DNA of 64,000 nucleotides from Trypanosoma brucei (Eukaryota): NCBI GenBank assembly GCA_000002445.1, contig CP000071.1, positions 512,001 to 576,000 of the forward strand, read 5' to 3'. Shown piece by piece: positions 61,059 to 64,000 of this stretch (position 1 is its first letter; each line of letters starts with the position of its first letter). The notes under the pieces were generated by a model. It saw only the letters and a program-made list of their open reading frames with translations, ran no database searches and was not told where the DNA came from. The position numbers and the translations under genes were made by a program.

Positions 61059-61829
61059 ATACGTATATATAAATATTATATATATATAATATATTTATAA
61101 AGGTATTTTACGTGGGCGAGAGGTGGTAGTGTTAGAAGGGGGACACTGCAGCACGTGTCCATTCTCACAAATAGTGTATGTTGTGTCACATCTCAGCTTC
61201 ACGTTACAAAACAACGGCGCATGTTTCTGCGCGGTCAACCGCTCCGACCACTTTCTTACTTAAACTTTGTCTCCACCCCGTTTCACTGGCAATATACAAA
61301 ACGATACTTCCTGCCGTTTCATCCTGCCAACCACGCGGGGCGCTCGTGAGGAAATTCATATATGTATTTTTTAGTTTTGTTTGGGAAATATATATCCATA
61401 TATGAACGTATGTGAAAATGTATATCGTGAAAAGGTAGAGTGACCGCAGTGCACAACAACAAACATCTTGGCCCGTCTAGCAGACGGTAAAACCATAAAA
61501 ACACAGGCGAACAATATGTTCGCCCCCACTCCCCCCAAACACCTCCCCTGCTTATCAGAGCTTAGTACGGTGACACGTGTTATAAGCACCCATGGAGGCG
61601 GTTGAGCAGCGAAGGAAGTGACCAAAGCGCAGAAGCAAAAAAACAAAAAGAGAAGCCATCACGTTCCAGTAACAGCGGTGGGCAGCAGAAAATACAGTCT
61701 CAGAACTACGGCGCTTCCCACCCTCCACTCCTCCGCACCTTCCCCCAGCTGCTTTCACCCAGTAGAGGCTCTGCCACATAACAGGGGCGAGGCCGTAGAC
61801 CAGCGGCGTCACGCATTGAGTTCAAAAAA

Positions 61830-61861
61830 CAATAATAATAATAATATTATTATTATTATTT
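61830..61861. repeat. Palindromic (AAT)5-(ATT)5 microsatellite.
   Basis: caataataataataatattattattattatt seen directly. Intergenic between the last two minus-strand genes. Confidence 0.9.
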
Positions 61862-62025
61862 TTTCACCCTTCGCAGATTCCAGCTCTCTTACCTGTTTAC
61901 CCTAAACATCCGTCACTACAACCCACCTCTTCTTCGCTATTACGATTATTATTATTTTCTCTTACTTCCCCATCAAAACCAGCGGTAGATGCTCCAGCTG
62001 ATATAAATGTTGTTACCATCGTTTG

Positions 62026-63789
62026 CTAGTGTGTGGGAGTCTTCGCCATCTTCCGCACGGGTTGGGCATTCATCAACTCCACTGGATGAATTGTGCCGCT
62101 GTTGTTTCCAGCTGACAGCAACGCTGTGCGTGCTGCCTTCGACATCTCGAAGTTTCGCAGCAGTGCTGCCCTGCAAACCGCAGACTCTCCACAGAAGGCT
62201 TGTGCGAGCAACCAGTCACGTGGGGCATTATTCCCTGTTCGTGTGAGGGCTGCCGTAGCGCGGTACAGAACCGCTACACTCGCGAACACCTCGGCGACGT
62301 ACTGAGCGGTAGTGCGTATGAACGCCGCATCGCGACGGCGCTCCCCCTCTCGAAGGAGCTTCAAAAAGGTCGCAACATCCCCCTCCAGCTCGTTGGCGCT
62401 TAGACGGAGGTACACATGAGGCGAAACGAGCCGCGGGACGTCTGACGGCGCGCTTATCGCGCGCATGAAAAGCGAAGACCCGATGCCTTTGCTAACCGAC
62501 CCGGCAGCGCCCTGCAGACCACTTTCAGTATGCAAAAGTAACGGTGCGATGTATCTCTGGTGCTGTAAGCTGCCACGAAACGAGAGAGCTGCAAGTATCT
62601 GAGATTCGTCACGCACCATCCGCACAGCATACGCATAGTCTATAAGTCGGTCTGGTTTAGAGGCATGCGGCACACCGCCCTGTGGGTCCAGCTGTAGTAC
62701 GCCGTTAATTACCTCACGTGTCAGCTGGAGAGCCGTTGCAAGCGCCTGGCCGGCGTACGTGCTGACAGCAACACATTCTGCCAACGGTGGATGTCGTGCG
62801 TCGCCCACCTCATTCTCTTTACTGTCGACAGGATTTGTGTCCTTTGCCAGTTGGCTCGGGTCATCCGCACTGCAACCTACTACAAAGGATGTCAGAGCGT
62901 CTATGCCATAGCGGCTGCAAGCCATGGCCGCCAAAGCCTTCTGTACGAACGGGTTGCGTATAAGTAAGGCGTCGTGACGCACTGCGTGGGTAGCATGCAG
63001 AGCACATATCTCTAGCAGCCGGTCTATCATCCCACTGCTGGCGGCCGCCGCGAGAAGGTTGTGTTCTGCCGTGAAGGCGTCCACAGCGGCAGCTGAGTTG
63101 GAGACTATTGCCGCCTCAGCACCACTCAATGTTACAGTGCACAGTCCGCCAGTTGCAGGGCTAACACTGATATGTCCGCCTGCCTGCTGCATTGGGAGCG
63201 ACAAAAGTAGCGGTTCGCGGTTGCTTGCCGTGCCCTTCACCTGATCTTCCTTTCCGCACTCCTGAGAGGCGAGGAGTTGCATGGTTTTGGGTATTGAGCC
63301 AGGTGCGGCAATGGCGATAAACGAGCCGTGCAGCACCACTTTGCGGCCCGGTTCATTAGATCCATCGCTGCCGAGGGCCACGCGGACGTGGTCCTGTGAA
63401 TTTGGTGGGGCGCGCCATTCAGTGGCGGCTGTGCCAACATCAACAGGCCACATCACGGGATGTGCAGACCGCTTTGTTGCGGTACGCACGGCGTCACACC
63501 TCTCGCGCAGGAGCGACCGCTGCGATGGCGCTGTAACCGGAGACTTTGCAGTGGTAAGCTCAGCCGCCTTCCCTGAGGATTTTTCTACATCGCTAGCGTT
63601 AACCTTGACGCCATCTGTATTACCATCTTTTTTTGTTGCTGCGGGCCCAATGCCATTGTTATCATTGGTATCGGTGATGGCCGGCTCCGCGCCGAAGTGC
63701 TGGAAAAGCAGGACATCTACCAACCGCCCCTGCGTGAGAAGCGCCGCCACAAAGTCTGGGCGGGCACGAAGAAAGAAACCTCGGCGCAT
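62026..63789 (-). CDS. Hypothetical protein, ~587 aa, possibly mitochondrial (Arg-rich amphipathic N-terminus MRRGFFLRARPDFVAALL).
   Basis: The ORF-track ORF (62026-63858) begins at a TTG; first in-frame ATG is codon 24 (63789). Long ORF on the coding strand. No confident domain assignment. Confidence 0.55.
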   Translation of the reverse strand: MRRGFFLRARPDFVAALLTQGRLVDVLLFQHFGAEPAITDTNDNNGIGPAATKKDGNTDGVKVNASDVEKSSGKAAELTTAKSPVTAPSQRSLLRERCDAVRTATKRSAHPVMWPVDVGTAATEWRAPPNSQDHVRVALGSDGSNEPGRKVVLHGSFIAIAAPGSIPKTMQLLASQECGKEDQVKGTASNREPLLLSLPMQQAGGHISVSPATGGLCTVTLSGAEAAIVSNSAAAVDAFTAEHNLLAAAASSGMIDRLLEICALHATHAVRHDALLIRNPFVQKALAAMACSRYGIDALTSFVVGCSADDPSQLAKDTNPVDSKENEVGDARHPPLAECVAVSTYAGQALATALQLTREVINGVLQLDPQGGVPHASKPDRLIDYAYAVRMVRDESQILAALSFRGSLQHQRYIAPLLLHTESGLQGAAGSVSKGIGSSLFMRAISAPSDVPRLVSPHVYLRLSANELEGDVATFLKLLREGERRRDAAFIRTTAQYVAEVFASVAVLYRATAALTRTGNNAPRDWLLAQAFCGESAVCRAALLRNFEMSKAARTALLSAGNNSGTIHPVELMNAQPVRKMAKTPTH

Positions 63790-64000
63790 CCCAGTAAACA
63801 ACAACAATAACAACAATACAGGACTTAAAGTTAGTAGTGTTGTGCCCGACGATGACAATTTACCCTAAGCTTATTTCCCACTACACCCGTTACTCAGCCT
63901 AGGTTTGGTTCACCCACTTAAACCCGGGCGGTGCTTTTCTTTGGCTGTGCGTATTTATAAGATCATCCATCCATACAAGGAACAAAACAGCAAAAAACGA

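Noticed and set aside
1..64000. Searched for prokaryote-type signals: CRISPR repeat-spacer arrays, Shine-Dalgarno-spaced operons, Rho-independent terminators, restriction/defence gene modules.
   Set aside because: None present. Gene organisation, repeat content and protein families are those of a kinetoplastid nuclear chromosome. The only regular repeat arrays are the 649-bp, 2193-bp and 378-bp tandem units described above, and none of them has CRISPR-like short repeat/spacer structure.

Overview
This window reads as nuclear DNA from a trypanosomatid, most like Trypanosoma brucei. The species call is an inference from gene content (a tandem GP63/MSP-B array next to lysyl-tRNA synthetase and a giant HECT ligase), from recalled family knowledge, and from the genome architecture, not from any search. 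There are no bacterial operons, CRISPR arrays or phage/defence modules. The organisation is kinetoplastid: long same-strand gene arrays with pyrimidine-rich intergenic tracts. Two polycistronic units converge on a ~10 kb strand-switch region. Plus-strand unit (1 to ~39.0 kb): a hypothetical gene (2037-2870); a giant 4304-aa HUWE1-like HECT E3 ubiquitin ligase (4817-17731) with a ~29-residue poly-Asp tract and a Cys-rich zinc finger; a class II lysyl-tRNA synthetase (19411-21165); a 649-bp tandem repeat (~5.7 copies, 21.36-25.09 kb); four nearly identical tandem GP63/leishmanolysin-family (MSP-B-like) zinc-metalloprotease genes on a 2193-bp period (25.1-33.4 kb) plus a truncated fifth unit; a polytopic membrane transporter (34659-36434); and a 378-bp x ~3.3 tandem array (37.76-39.03 kb) whose units carry C/D-box and H/ACA-like motifs, a putative snoRNA cluster. 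An ingi/RIME-type retroposon fragment (39026-39407) cuts that array short. Minus-strand unit (~43 or 46.2 kb to window end): two NEK-like Ser/Thr kinases, a coiled-coil protein, a 751-aa hypothetical, PTPA (PP2A phosphatase activator), phosphatidylglycerophosphate synthase (PLD/HKD type) and two hypotheticals. Several ORF-track starts are TTG/GTG codons, and I trimmed those CDSs to the first in-frame ATG. Most notable: the putative snoRNA array with retroposon insertion, the uncharacterised 649-bp repeat feeding into the first MSP-B copy, a clustered patch of substitutions beside the HExxH active site in only the fourth MSP-B copy, and the convergent strand-switch region itself. I found no novel multi-gene system of the kind the prompt hints at.
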